The translations under genes were made by a program, and so were the position numbers. A DNA stretch of 64,000 bases from Sphingobacteriales bacterium. GTDB taxonomy: Bacteria > Bacteroidota > Bacteroidia > UKL13-3. Position 1 is the first letter of the stretch, and every line of letters begins with the position of its first letter. The notes under the pieces were generated by a model. It worked only from the letters and a program-made list of their open reading frames with translations, ran no database searches and was not told the origin of the DNA. The stretch lies in contig JAJTFA010000002.1 in assembly GCA_021299635.1 (NCBI GenBank), positions 249,110 to 313,109 of the forward strand. Reading direction: 5' to 3'. This document shows positions 10,608-19,116 of this stretch, piece after piece.

Positions 10608-11668
10608 TAAAAGAAGATTCGGAAGAATTTGATATTGGTGAGGAAGGTACCGAGCAGGAGTTATATGAGCACCACCGCATTGTAGTAGATAAGGGGCAAT
10701 CGCTGTTGCGCATTGATAAGTATCTAATGCACCGGCTACAAAATGCAAGCCGCACCAAAATACAGGCCGCTGCTGATGCTGGTTGTATTATTGTAAATGA
10801 GAAGGCGGTTAAATCAAGTTATAAGGTAAAACCTGCTGATGTTATTTCCATTGTTTTACCCCACCCTCCAAAGGATACGGAAATCATTCCAGAAAATATT
10901 CCTCTTCAGATTTTATATGAAGATGATGATTTGCTTATCGTAAATAAAATTGCGGGAATGGTTGTGCATCCGGGTTATAATAACGTAAGCGGTACTTTGG
11001 TAAATGCACTTTCTTGGCATTTTAAAGATTTGCCATTTGCCAAAGAAAATAATATCAGACCCGGCCTGGTGCACCGCATTGATAAAAACACTTCAGGTTT
11101 GCTGGTGGTTGCAAAGAATGAATTTGCCATGACTCATCTGGCAAAGCAGTTTTATTATCATACCATCAAGCGCTCATATATGGCATTGGCCTGGGGAGAT
11201 TTTGAAAACGATGAAGGAACGGTAACGGGTTATATTGGCAGAAGTACCAAGGATCGTAGGGTATTTACTTTATATGATACAGAAGAAAAAGGCAAATGGA
11301 GTATAACACATTTTAAAGTACTTGAGCGACTTAGTAATGTTACCCTCATTGAGTGTCGACTGGAAACGGGCCGAACACATCAAATCCGGGTGCACATGAA
11401 ATCCATTGGTCATCCATTATTTGCTGATGAAACATACGGAGGCGATTATGCAGTTAAAGGTACTACGTTTACCAAATACAAGCAGTTTGTAGAAAATTGT
11501 TTTACGCTTTGTCCGCGTCAGGCTTTGCATGCGCGCTCACTGGGATTTATTCATCCCAAAACAGGAAAGGAAGTTTATTTTGAAGCTCCCTTGCCGGATG
11601 ATATGGCAAATGTGATAGAAAAATGGAAAGCGTATCATCTGTCAGTTTTAAGTAAACAAATAGACTAG
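10604..11668 (+). CDS. rluD: RluA/RluD-family 23S rRNA pseudouridine synthase
   Basis: S4 domain (RIDKYL), NKIAGMVVHP, GLVHRIDKNTSG, LETGRTHQIRVH, QALHA. Confidence 0.92.
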   Translation: MIKEDSEEFDIGEEGTEQELYEHHRIVVDKGQSLLRIDKYLMHRLQNASRTKIQAAADAGCIIVNEKAVKSSYKVKPADVISIVLPHPPKDTEIIPENIPLQILYEDDDLLIVNKIAGMVVHPGYNNVSGTLVNALSWHFKDLPFAKENNIRPGLVHRIDKNTSGLLVVAKNEFAMTHLAKQFYYHTIKRSYMALAWGDFENDEGTVTGYIGRSTKDRRVFTLYDTEEKGKWSITHFKVLERLSNVTLIECRLETGRTHQIRVHMKSIGHPLFADETYGGDYAVKGTTFTKYKQFVENCFTLCPRQALHARSLGFIHPKTGKEVYFEAPLPDDMANVIEKWKAYHLSVLSKQID

Positions 11669-11754
11669 CAGAATAATTCAGTTGTCTCTTATAGAATATT
11701 TTTTACATTTGATTAACCCATAATTGTTACTTCTATAAATCAATCCTAAACGTT

Positions 11755-12567
11755 ATGAAAAAATTCTTGCTTTCATTTTTTATTGTTTCCGTTGGCAGTA
11801 TTTGCCTGTCAGTATTTACCGGAGATGCCTACCTGCATTCCAATACCGGTGGATCACCGTCAGCAAGCGGTTGCAGTTGTCATAGTGCAACCAATCATAA
11901 TGATGCGGCTACTTTTATAAGGATAGAGGATAGCCAGGGGAATGCAGTAACAAGCTATACGCCCGGTACTACTTACAAAATTATTTTCGGCACTGCTAAA
12001 GCAGGTAAGGTAAAGTTTGGATTTGCTTTTACTGCCGATCAGGGAACCTTAGCTGTAATACCAGGTAGTACCAAAATAAAAAAATCATCCACGTACCTAA
12101 CTCACACTTCTTCCGGAACGGCCGCACCAGTGCCTGACAGCGCAAAATGGGAAGCCAACTGGACTGCCCCTGCCTCTGCAACAGCAGTTACTTTTAATCT
12201 AGATGTTAATGCTACCAATAATAACAATGATGCTGATCCGGGGGATTTAATTTATAACAAATCAGTTACACTTACAAAATCATCAAACACAGGTATTGCT
12301 GAATCGGGAATATCTATGCTAAGTATTTTCCCTTCACCAGCACGCTCATTTGTTTACGTTAATTATGAATTAAAACAAAGCAATAATGTGATGATTAGCC
12401 TAAAGGATTTGCAAGGTAAAACAGTTAGCATCCTGTTTGATGAAAATGAATCAGCAGGTAAGCAAGTGCATAAATTCACTTTTGAAAACAATACTTCCAG
12501 CGGTTTTTATTTTGTTGAAATAAAGGCAGGTTCATTGGTTAAAACCCAGAAGATACTCATTCAGTAA
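11755..12567 (+). CDS. secreted Reeler-like (choice-of-anchor V-like) protein with T9SS C-terminal sorting domain
   Basis: Signal peptide; TGGSP...CSCH; YTPGTTY, KFGF, LTHT, WTAP; CTD IFPSPA...GFYFVEI...TQKILIQ. Confidence 0.7.
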   Translation: MKKFLLSFFIVSVGSICLSVFTGDAYLHSNTGGSPSASGCSCHSATNHNDAATFIRIEDSQGNAVTSYTPGTTYKIIFGTAKAGKVKFGFAFTADQGTLAVIPGSTKIKKSSTYLTHTSSGTAAPVPDSAKWEANWTAPASATAVTFNLDVNATNNNNDADPGDLIYNKSVTLTKSSNTGIAESGISMLSIFPSPARSFVYVNYELKQSNNVMISLKDLQGKTVSILFDENESAGKQVHKFTFENNTSSGFYFVEIKAGSLVKTQKILIQ

Positions 12568-12588
12568 CCTATTATTCTATTCATACCG

Positions 12589-12627
12589 AACCCTGTTGCA
12601 AACTGATGTTGCAACAGGGTTTTTTTA
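12589..12627 (+). terminator. intrinsic terminator
   Basis: AACCCTGTTGCAA / TTGCAACAGGGTT stem followed by a T run. Confidence 0.85.
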
Positions 12628-12641
12628 TTTATTCTTGTATC

Positions 12642-13436
12642 ATGGATTTAGAGAAAATAGTATTGGAAGCAGGCGATTTATGCAAACAGGTTGGAGCATT
12701 TATTCTGAGTGAGTCAAAGACATTCGACCGAAATCGCATAGAGGAAAAAAGTTTAAATCAATTGGTTTCTTATGTAGATAAATCGGCAGAAGAAATGTTG
12801 GTTAAAGGGATGAATGCATTATTGCCGGGCGCAGGTTTTATTACAGAAGAAGCAACCATTGCTACGCAGGAAAAGGAATGGATGTGGATTATAGATCCGT
12901 TGGATGGCACAACTAACTTCATGCATGGTTTGCCTGTATACAGCATCAGCATTGGGCTTATGCAAGGTAAGCAAATGATGGCAGGCCTTGTGTATGAAAT
13001 AAATCGCAGTGAATTGTTTTATGCCTGGCATAACAGTCCTGCATATCTCAATGGTGAAGTAATTAGGGTAAGTGTAAATAATAAACTTTCAGATGCATTG
13101 CTGGCAACAGGTTTTCCTTATTATGATTTTAATTTGATGCAGCAATATTTAGGGGCATTACAAGAATTTTTAAAGGGCTCACGCGGCATGCGCAGAATGG
13201 GGAGTGCAGCAGTTGATCTGGCTTATGTAGCATGCGGACGTTTTGATGGTTTTTTTGAATATGGTTTAAGTCCATGGGATGTGGCAGGTGGGGCATTTAT
13301 AGTGCAAAGGGCAGGCGGTGTGGTAAGTGATTTTGGCAAAGCAGATAATTTCCTGTTCGGAAAAGAAATCATTGCTTGCGCTCCGGGCGTTTATGAGGCA
13401 CTTACAAATATCATCAGTAAAAAGTTTGGCAGATAG
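12642..13436 (+). CDS. suhB: inositol monophosphatase (SuhB family)
   Basis: WIIDPLDGTTNF, TGFPY, RRMGSAAVDL, WDVAGG. Confidence 0.92.
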   Translation: MDLEKIVLEAGDLCKQVGAFILSESKTFDRNRIEEKSLNQLVSYVDKSAEEMLVKGMNALLPGAGFITEEATIATQEKEWMWIIDPLDGTTNFMHGLPVYSISIGLMQGKQMMAGLVYEINRSELFYAWHNSPAYLNGEVIRVSVNNKLSDALLATGFPYYDFNLMQQYLGALQEFLKGSRGMRRMGSAAVDLAYVACGRFDGFFEYGLSPWDVAGGAFIVQRAGGVVSDFGKADNFLFGKEIIACAPGVYEALTNIISKKFGR

Positions 13437-13816
13437 CCGCTTTTAATTTCATAATTTAAATGAGTAGCTGTATTTCTATTTTAATTACCGATAAAACCTT
13501 ACCAATGGCGGTATTGTTTGTTATTACAATCATACGGCTCGAATAAATCGTTTCCGCATATTTTTGATTCCTTATTGTGTAATATAATACACAAAATGAC
13601 GAAACTTATTTTTTTCTACAGCTGCACAAAGTTCACCAAATATGGATAAAGATTGAACTTTGTGTTTCAGATGGGAAAAGTTAGCCCCTAATTTATTTTC
13701 TTCATCAAACTTTTTAAATATTAGTTCTGTTAAACCATGTACTTGAAGACTGATATCAAGTAAAAAAACGTGGAGATCCGAAAATCCTTAAGAGTAGGCC
13801 AACTAAAAAAATAAAT

Positions 13817-14533
13817 ATGGAACATTTAAAAATTGCCAGCGACAATTATGTTGCTTTCACGTTCTTCATCGGAACAATGGCCATGATGGCTGCCTCGGTT
13901 TTCTTTTTCTTCGAATTAAACAACACTTCGAGCAAATGGAGAACTTCAGTATTGGTTTCAGGTCTTATCACTTTCATTGCAGCAGTTCACTACTACTACA
14001 TGAGAGGTTACAATCTTGAAACCGGTGATTCACCAACTTTCTTCAGGTATGTAGATTGGATTCTTACTGTACCTTTAATGTGTGTTGAATTTTATTTAAT
14101 TACCAAAAAGGCCGGTGCTAAAGTTGCCCTTCTTTGGAAACTCATTTTTGCCTCTCTGGTGATGCTGGTTACAGGTTACTTCGGTGAAACCATCGATCGT
14201 GATAACAGCGTAATGTGGGGCGTTATTTCAGGTCTTGCTTATTTCTACATTGCATACTTGGTATGGTTTGGCGAAGTTGCTCACCTTTCACAAAATGCTG
14301 GCCCTCAAGTTGCAAAGGCAACACGCGTTCTTGCTTGGTTCGTATTAGTGGGTTGGGCCATCTATCCATTAGGATATATTCTTGGAACTCCTGGAGGCTT
14401 GTTTGGTGTTCAGTTGGTTGCTGATCCTGCTGCCGCTTCACACTCTATGGACATAGTATACAATATTGCTGATGCGATTAATAAAATCGGTTTTGGTTTA
14501 GTTATCTATACTTTAAGTAGAAACGAAGACTAA
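13817..14533 (+). CDS. proteorhodopsin-type light-driven proton pump (DTE motif, predicted green-absorbing)
   Basis: 7 TM segments. Helix C RYVDWILTVPLMCVE gives D80/T84/E91 with M88 at the tuning position; H58; GWAIYP; retinal-binding K223 in DAINK. Confidence 0.97.
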   Translation: MEHLKIASDNYVAFTFFIGTMAMMAASVFFFFELNNTSSKWRTSVLVSGLITFIAAVHYYYMRGYNLETGDSPTFFRYVDWILTVPLMCVEFYLITKKAGAKVALLWKLIFASLVMLVTGYFGETIDRDNSVMWGVISGLAYFYIAYLVWFGEVAHLSQNAGPQVAKATRVLAWFVLVGWAIYPLGYILGTPGGLFGVQLVADPAAASHSMDIVYNIADAINKIGFGLVIYTLSRNED

Positions 14534-14558
14534 GATTTTAATATCTGAATCTATAACG

Positions 14559-14598
14559 AAAAGGGAGGATGTGCTTTTAAAGAACTACCTCCCTTTTT
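14559..14598 (+). terminator. intrinsic terminator-like hairpin between the rhodopsin gene and crtY-blh
   Basis: AAAAGGGAGG ... CCTCCCTTTT(T) stem with a long loop. Confidence 0.65.
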
Positions 14599-14674
14599 CA
14601 TTTTAACTCAATAATCGAAAAAAGTATAAAACCATCTCAGATGGTTACCGCCATAATTTCATCCAATAAAATTA

Positions 14675-16696
14675 GTGCAAGCTACACAAACCATATCAGA
14701 AAATAATGTATCTGCGTGCGAGTATGATTATGTTTTTTGCGGTACAGGTGCTTCCGCATCGCTTTTATTATTGGAACTTCATCAAAATAATTTATTACAA
14801 TACGCAAATGTTTTACTCATTGATCCGGATAAGAAGGATAAGCGCGATAAAACATTCTGTTTTTGGGCAGATGCGGATGATCCGATTTCGGTTGACTTAA
14901 AATCACTCATCTCACATGCATGGGATCATGTTGCTCTGGCTGGTGAAGAAATTGAACCCATCTGGCCAATGCGTTACAACCATATTTCAAGCATTGATTT
15001 ATACAATCAGGTTCACAGATTAACCCAACAATATCAATGGCACAAGATTAATACGTGCGCTGACGAAGTTGGCTCTGATGAACAAGGGCCTTTTGTGTGT
15101 TGCAATGGAGAAAAGATTAGGGCTAAATATATTTTCGATTCGAGGCCCCCTGTTTATCATCCTCCTCAAGAAGGTGAAACACATATATCACAAAGTTTCG
15201 TGGGATGGATGATTGAAACGGAACAAGAAATTAAAAAACCAAATGCATTTCGGTTTATGGATTTTCAGATTGAGCAGCAAGGTTCAACGCAGTTTGTCTA
15301 TGTACTTCCGTTCTCTGCGCGTAAGGCCTTGGTTGAAGTTACCCGTTTTGGTGCAGAAACCATAAACCATACACAGGCCGAAAATTTACTTGCCGATTAT
15401 ATTCAGCGGAATTTCGGTGCGTATACTGTTGCAGATGTTGAAACAGGCTGCATCCCTATGAGCAATACCGTAATAGAAAGCAATGCTGTATCAGGTATTG
15501 TTTTATTGGGTGCCCGTAATTATCATATAAAACCAAGTACAGGCTATGCATTTAAAAACATGTATTACCATGCACGTAACATTGCCTCTGCAATTAAACA
15601 TAATAAGCCCGTTGAGTTATTAAACAAAACACATGTTAATGCCCACCACCACGGACGCCACTCATTTTATGATGGCTTGCTGCTTGATATATTAAAGAAC
15701 AAGCCACAGGAAGGAAAGCGCATTTTTGAGGCTTTGCTTGCAAAGGTGGATACAAAAAAGATATTAAATTTTTTAGACGAAAAAACCGGCATCGCAACCG
15801 ATATTTCAATCTTTAGTCAGTTGCCTTGGCAGCCTTTTATCAGCACCCTATTGAGCAGAAGTTTTGTGTACCCTTGGTTTAGGCCATTGCTATTAACACT
15901 TATGACCTGTTTGCTTGTTCTGGCTGGAAATTATTCAGCCATTCAAAACTATCTGGCCTATGGGCTATTTTTTGCAGGTCTGGTTGCGGTTGGCATTCCG
16001 CATGGAGCAGTAGATCATTTGTTGGAAACCGGAAAATGGAATAGGAAAGGTGCACCTGTATTTATCATCAGATACCTGATGTTAGCTGCAGGTATGGGTT
16101 TATTATGGTATGCATTACCAGGAGTGGCGCTTGCTGTTTTTCTGGCCTATTCTTCCTGGCATTTCGGTCAGGCTGATGGTAAAAAATGGAATTTCACCGA
16201 ATCAGTATCCTTCTTATGGGGTCTATCAGTCTTATTTTATATATTAGGTACACACCTTCAGGAAACCAATGTTATTCTCATGTCAATGGGTAAAGTTAGT
16301 TTGCCCTTTGCATGTTCTGTTTGGGCATTGCTGCCCTGGTTTTTATGGGCTTTGTATCACAAGCAAACCTCATTTTTTCTCACCTTGTGTTGGCTCATGC
16401 TTTCTTCCCAACTCCCTTTGCTTATAGCTTTTGGAATATATTTTATTGGTCAGCATAGCCTAAACGGATGGCAGGATATCCGCAGACACCTGCAGCTAAG
16501 CCATAGCAGAATATGGCTTCACTCAGTACCTTTTCATGCCGGAGCCTGGTTGCTGCTTGCAGGCTTTTTATTTCTTTGGCCCTTGGCCTTTCCTCATAAC
16601 GATATTAACCAATGGGCTGTATTCTTTGTCTTTATTGCCTGCATAAGCTTTCCTCATACCATTTATATGAATGTGGTATATAGGAAGAAGGGGTAA
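14675..16696 (+). CDS. fused lycopene beta-cyclase (CrtY) + Brp/Blh beta-carotene 15,15'-dioxygenase
   Basis: N-terminal ~395 aa: YDYVFCGTGAS, DKTFCFW, FMDF, FVYVLPFS, LVEVTRF, ETGCIPM, IKPSTGYAF, FLDEKT (Bacteroidota-type CrtY). C-terminal ~275 aa is multi-TM: GIPHGAVDH, WHFGQAD, QHSL, FPH (Blh). Single uninterrupted frame. Confidence 0.9.
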   Translation: MQATQTISENNVSACEYDYVFCGTGASASLLLLELHQNNLLQYANVLLIDPDKKDKRDKTFCFWADADDPISVDLKSLISHAWDHVALAGEEIEPIWPMRYNHISSIDLYNQVHRLTQQYQWHKINTCADEVGSDEQGPFVCCNGEKIRAKYIFDSRPPVYHPPQEGETHISQSFVGWMIETEQEIKKPNAFRFMDFQIEQQGSTQFVYVLPFSARKALVEVTRFGAETINHTQAENLLADYIQRNFGAYTVADVETGCIPMSNTVIESNAVSGIVLLGARNYHIKPSTGYAFKNMYYHARNIASAIKHNKPVELLNKTHVNAHHHGRHSFYDGLLLDILKNKPQEGKRIFEALLAKVDTKKILNFLDEKTGIATDISIFSQLPWQPFISTLLSRSFVYPWFRPLLLTLMTCLLVLAGNYSAIQNYLAYGLFFAGLVAVGIPHGAVDHLLETGKWNRKGAPVFIIRYLMLAAGMGLLWYALPGVALAVFLAYSSWHFGQADGKKWNFTESVSFLWGLSVLFYILGTHLQETNVILMSMGKVSLPFACSVWALLPWFLWALYHKQTSFFLTLCWLMLSSQLPLLIAFGIYFIGQHSLNGWQDIRRHLQLSHSRIWLHSVPFHAGAWLLLAGFLFLWPLAFPHNDINQWAVFFVFIACISFPHTIYMNVVYRKKG

Positions 16697-16800
16697 AATA
16701 TATTATTGTAATTACATAGATTGAAGATTTCCTTCGAAAAGCATTGACAATTCTAACACTTGCAATAATGAGCAGATATGCATTAAATTTGCACCCACTT

Positions 16801-17136
16801 ATGAATAGCATGATTACTGTAACCGAAAAAGCAAAATCTCGTATTGTTGAACTCAAAAAGGAGTCGAACCTTACAGAGGCGCATTTTTTACGTGTAGGCG
16901 TAGAAAGCGGAGGTTGCTCAGGATTAAGCTATAAGCTTGATTTTGACAATGCTGTAACAGACGGAGATGAAGTGATTGATTATAATGGGGTTAGGTTAGT
17001 AACCGATAAACGCAGCGTATTGTATTTGTTTGGAACCGAACTTGATTTTACTGATGGATTGAATGGCAAAGGCTTCACCTTCAATAATCCCAATGCCAGC
17101 CGCACATGCAGTTGCGGAGAGAGTTTCTCGGTATAA
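16801..17136 (+). CDS. HesB/IscA-family Fe-S cluster assembly protein
   Basis: LRVGVESGGCSGLSY, FNNPNA, CSCGESF; TAAATTTG at 16784-16791. Confidence 0.95.
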   Translation: MNSMITVTEKAKSRIVELKKESNLTEAHFLRVGVESGGCSGLSYKLDFDNAVTDGDEVIDYNGVRLVTDKRSVLYLFGTELDFTDGLNGKGFTFNNPNASRTCSCGESFSV

Positions 17137-17226
17137 ACAAAAAAATGGACTTTGCCTTTGATTTTCTATTGTAAAGGCTATATTTGCACTCCTTTTTTAA
17201 ATTTAAACGCATAAAACGTATTTAGC

Positions 17227-17541
17227 ATGGCAAACCATAAATCGGCAGAAAAAAGAAACCGCAGCAATGCAACTAAACGCCTAAGAAACAGATATCAGGC
17301 AAAAACTACCCGCACGGCTATTAAATCCCTGCGCACTACGGATGACAAAAAAGAAGCAGAAGACATGCTGAAAAAAGTTTCTGCCATGTTGGATAAGTTG
17401 GCTAAGAAAAATGTAATTCACAAGAACAAAGCGGCTAACCAGAAGTCAAAATTGGCTAAAGTAGTTAATAAACTGGGTAAAGAAACTGCTGCTCCAAAAA
17501 AAGCAGGTAAAAAAACCGCTGCCAAGAAAAAGTCCAAGTAA
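17227..17541 (+). CDS. rpsT: 30S ribosomal protein bS20 with Lys/Ala-rich C-terminal tail
   Basis: [10 protein letters not shown]...RNR...[13 protein letters not shown]; -7 element TATATTTG at 17179-17186. Confidence 0.97.
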   Translation: MANHKSAEKRNRSNATKRLRNRYQAKTTRTAIKSLRTTDDKKEAEDMLKKVSAMLDKLAKKNVIHKNKAANQKSKLAKVVNKLGKETAAPKKAGKKTAAKKKSK

Positions 17542-17562
17542 TTAAGTTTTTCCATATCAATC

Positions 17563-17597
17563 AAAGCCTTTGTCTGAAACAGACAGAGGCTTTTTTA
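17563..17597 (+). terminator. intrinsic terminator after rpsT
   Basis: AAAGCCTTTGTCTG-AAA-CAGACAGAGGCTTT followed by Ts. Confidence 0.85.
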
Positions 17598-17747
17598 TTG
17601 CAGTTTCAGGTGTTTTATTATTAGAGAGTGCATGGGAAATGTATATTATTTCTTTTGTATATAAGTTGTAAACTATATTACCTCTTTAGTTTCGGTTAAT
17701 TCTATGGTTCAACTTATTTTCGCGTTTGGGATTTAAAATTGTAAGAA

Positions 17748-18752
17748 ATGAAAGTAGCTGTTGTTGGCGCCACAGGTTTGGTTGGCACAGTCATGTTAAA
17801 GGTTCTGGAAGAAAGAAAATTTCCGGTAACTGAGTTAATTCCGGTTGCCTCTGAAAAATCGGTAGGCAATAAAATAACCTGGAAAGGCAAAGCATACACC
17901 GTGCATAGTATGGAGCAGGCTATTGTTGCCAAACCTCAGCTGGCTTTGTTTTCTGCCGGGGGGGCAACCTCACTGGAGTGGGCTCCTAAGTTTGCGGCAG
18001 CAGGCATCTACGTAATTGATAATTCATCAGCATGGCGCATGGATCCGGAGAAGAAACTGGTCGTTCCTGAGGTAAATGCGAATGTATTAACAAAGGATGA
18101 TATGATTATTGCCAATCCCAATTGCTCAACGATTCAGATGGTATTGGTATTACAGCCTATTCATTTACAATACGGAATAAAGCGTGTTGTGGTTTCAACT
18201 TATCAGTCGGTAACCGGAACAGGAGTGAAGGCAGTTCATCAAATGGAGAATGAAAGAAAGGGAATAAGTGGAGAGATGGCATATAAATATCCGATTGATA
18301 AGAACGTAATACCACAAATAGATGTATTTCTGGAAAATGGATATACCAAGGAAGAAATGAAAATGGTGAATGAAACCAAAAAGATTTTAGGTGATGATGC
18401 GGTTAAAGTTACAGCAACTTGTGTGCGTATTCCTGTAATGGGCGGACACAGCGAGAGCGTAAACCTTGAACTGAACAAATCATTTACACTAGCTGATATC
18501 AGAAACTTGCTTGAACATACCCCAGGAGTGGTGGTAAAGGATGATCCTTCTGCTGCTGCTTATCCCATGCCGCTGCTTGATGCGCATAATAGAGATGAAG
18601 TGTTTGTTGGTCGGATCCGCAAGGATGATTCCGTTGAAAATGGCTTAAATTTATGGATTGTAGCAGATAATTTAAGAAAAGGCGCTGCCACAAATGCCAT
18701 TCAAATTGCAGAGTATTTGCTGGATAAACACATCATATCAACTGTTGGATAG
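17748..18752 (+). CDS. asd: aspartate-semialdehyde dehydrogenase
   Basis: VVGATGLVG, DNSSAWRM, ANPNCST, TYQSVTG, GHSE, DNLRKGAA. Confidence 0.97.
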   Translation: MKVAVVGATGLVGTVMLKVLEERKFPVTELIPVASEKSVGNKITWKGKAYTVHSMEQAIVAKPQLALFSAGGATSLEWAPKFAAAGIYVIDNSSAWRMDPEKKLVVPEVNANVLTKDDMIIANPNCSTIQMVLVLQPIHLQYGIKRVVVSTYQSVTGTGVKAVHQMENERKGISGEMAYKYPIDKNVIPQIDVFLENGYTKEEMKMVNETKKILGDDAVKVTATCVRIPVMGGHSESVNLELNKSFTLADIRNLLEHTPGVVVKDDPSAAAYPMPLLDAHNRDEVFVGRIRKDDSVENGLNLWIVADNLRKGAATNAIQIAEYLLDKHIISTVG

Positions 18753-18987
18753 TTTACCTGAATACACGTTGGCACAATTGGCGCTTAGAAACGGCCAGGA
18801 TAAGGCAGAGATTTGGATAGCCTACAAAGGCTTGATTTATGATGTGGCAAAAAGCAGGTTGTGGCGAAATGGCAAGCATTATGAGCATTGGGCCGGGCAA
18901 GATCTGACGGATGAATTAAAAGAGGCTCCTCACACCGAAAATGTTTTTGATAAATTTGAAGTGATTGGCAAATTGGTGGGTAATTGA
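18745..18987 (+). CDS. cytochrome b5-like heme/steroid-binding domain protein
   Basis: YTLAQLALRNGQD, IWIAYKGLIYDV, HWAGQDLT, APH. The TTG start overlaps the asd stop. Confidence 0.8.
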   Translation: MDSLPEYTLAQLALRNGQDKAEIWIAYKGLIYDVAKSRLWRNGKHYEHWAGQDLTDELKEAPHTENVFDKFEVIGKLVGN

Positions 18988-19116
18988 TGGAAATACATTA
19001 TTGTCAATGCTGTAAAGCCTGGTAAAATGTAGCATCCTAATTATTTGACTTTGTATTAATATTATTCGTTTGTTTTCTAACCTGAGTTTATAAATTTGCG
19101 CCCTCCTATTCAAATC

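Noticed and set aside
13437..13560. Tiny minus-strand ORFs upstream of the rhodopsin gene (9 and 25 aa)
   Set aside because: Too short, with no motif or other support.
13576..13593. TGT-N12-ACA match to the PpsR/CrtJ operator
   Set aside because: The motif has only 6 fixed bases and PpsR is a proteobacterial regulator with no homologue in the window. It is kept only as an unassigned inverted repeat.
13817..14533. Sodium- or chloride-pumping rhodopsin, or heliorhodopsin
   Set aside because: The helix C motif is DTE, not NDQ or NTQ, and the DxxxK context and overall layout are proteorhodopsin-like.
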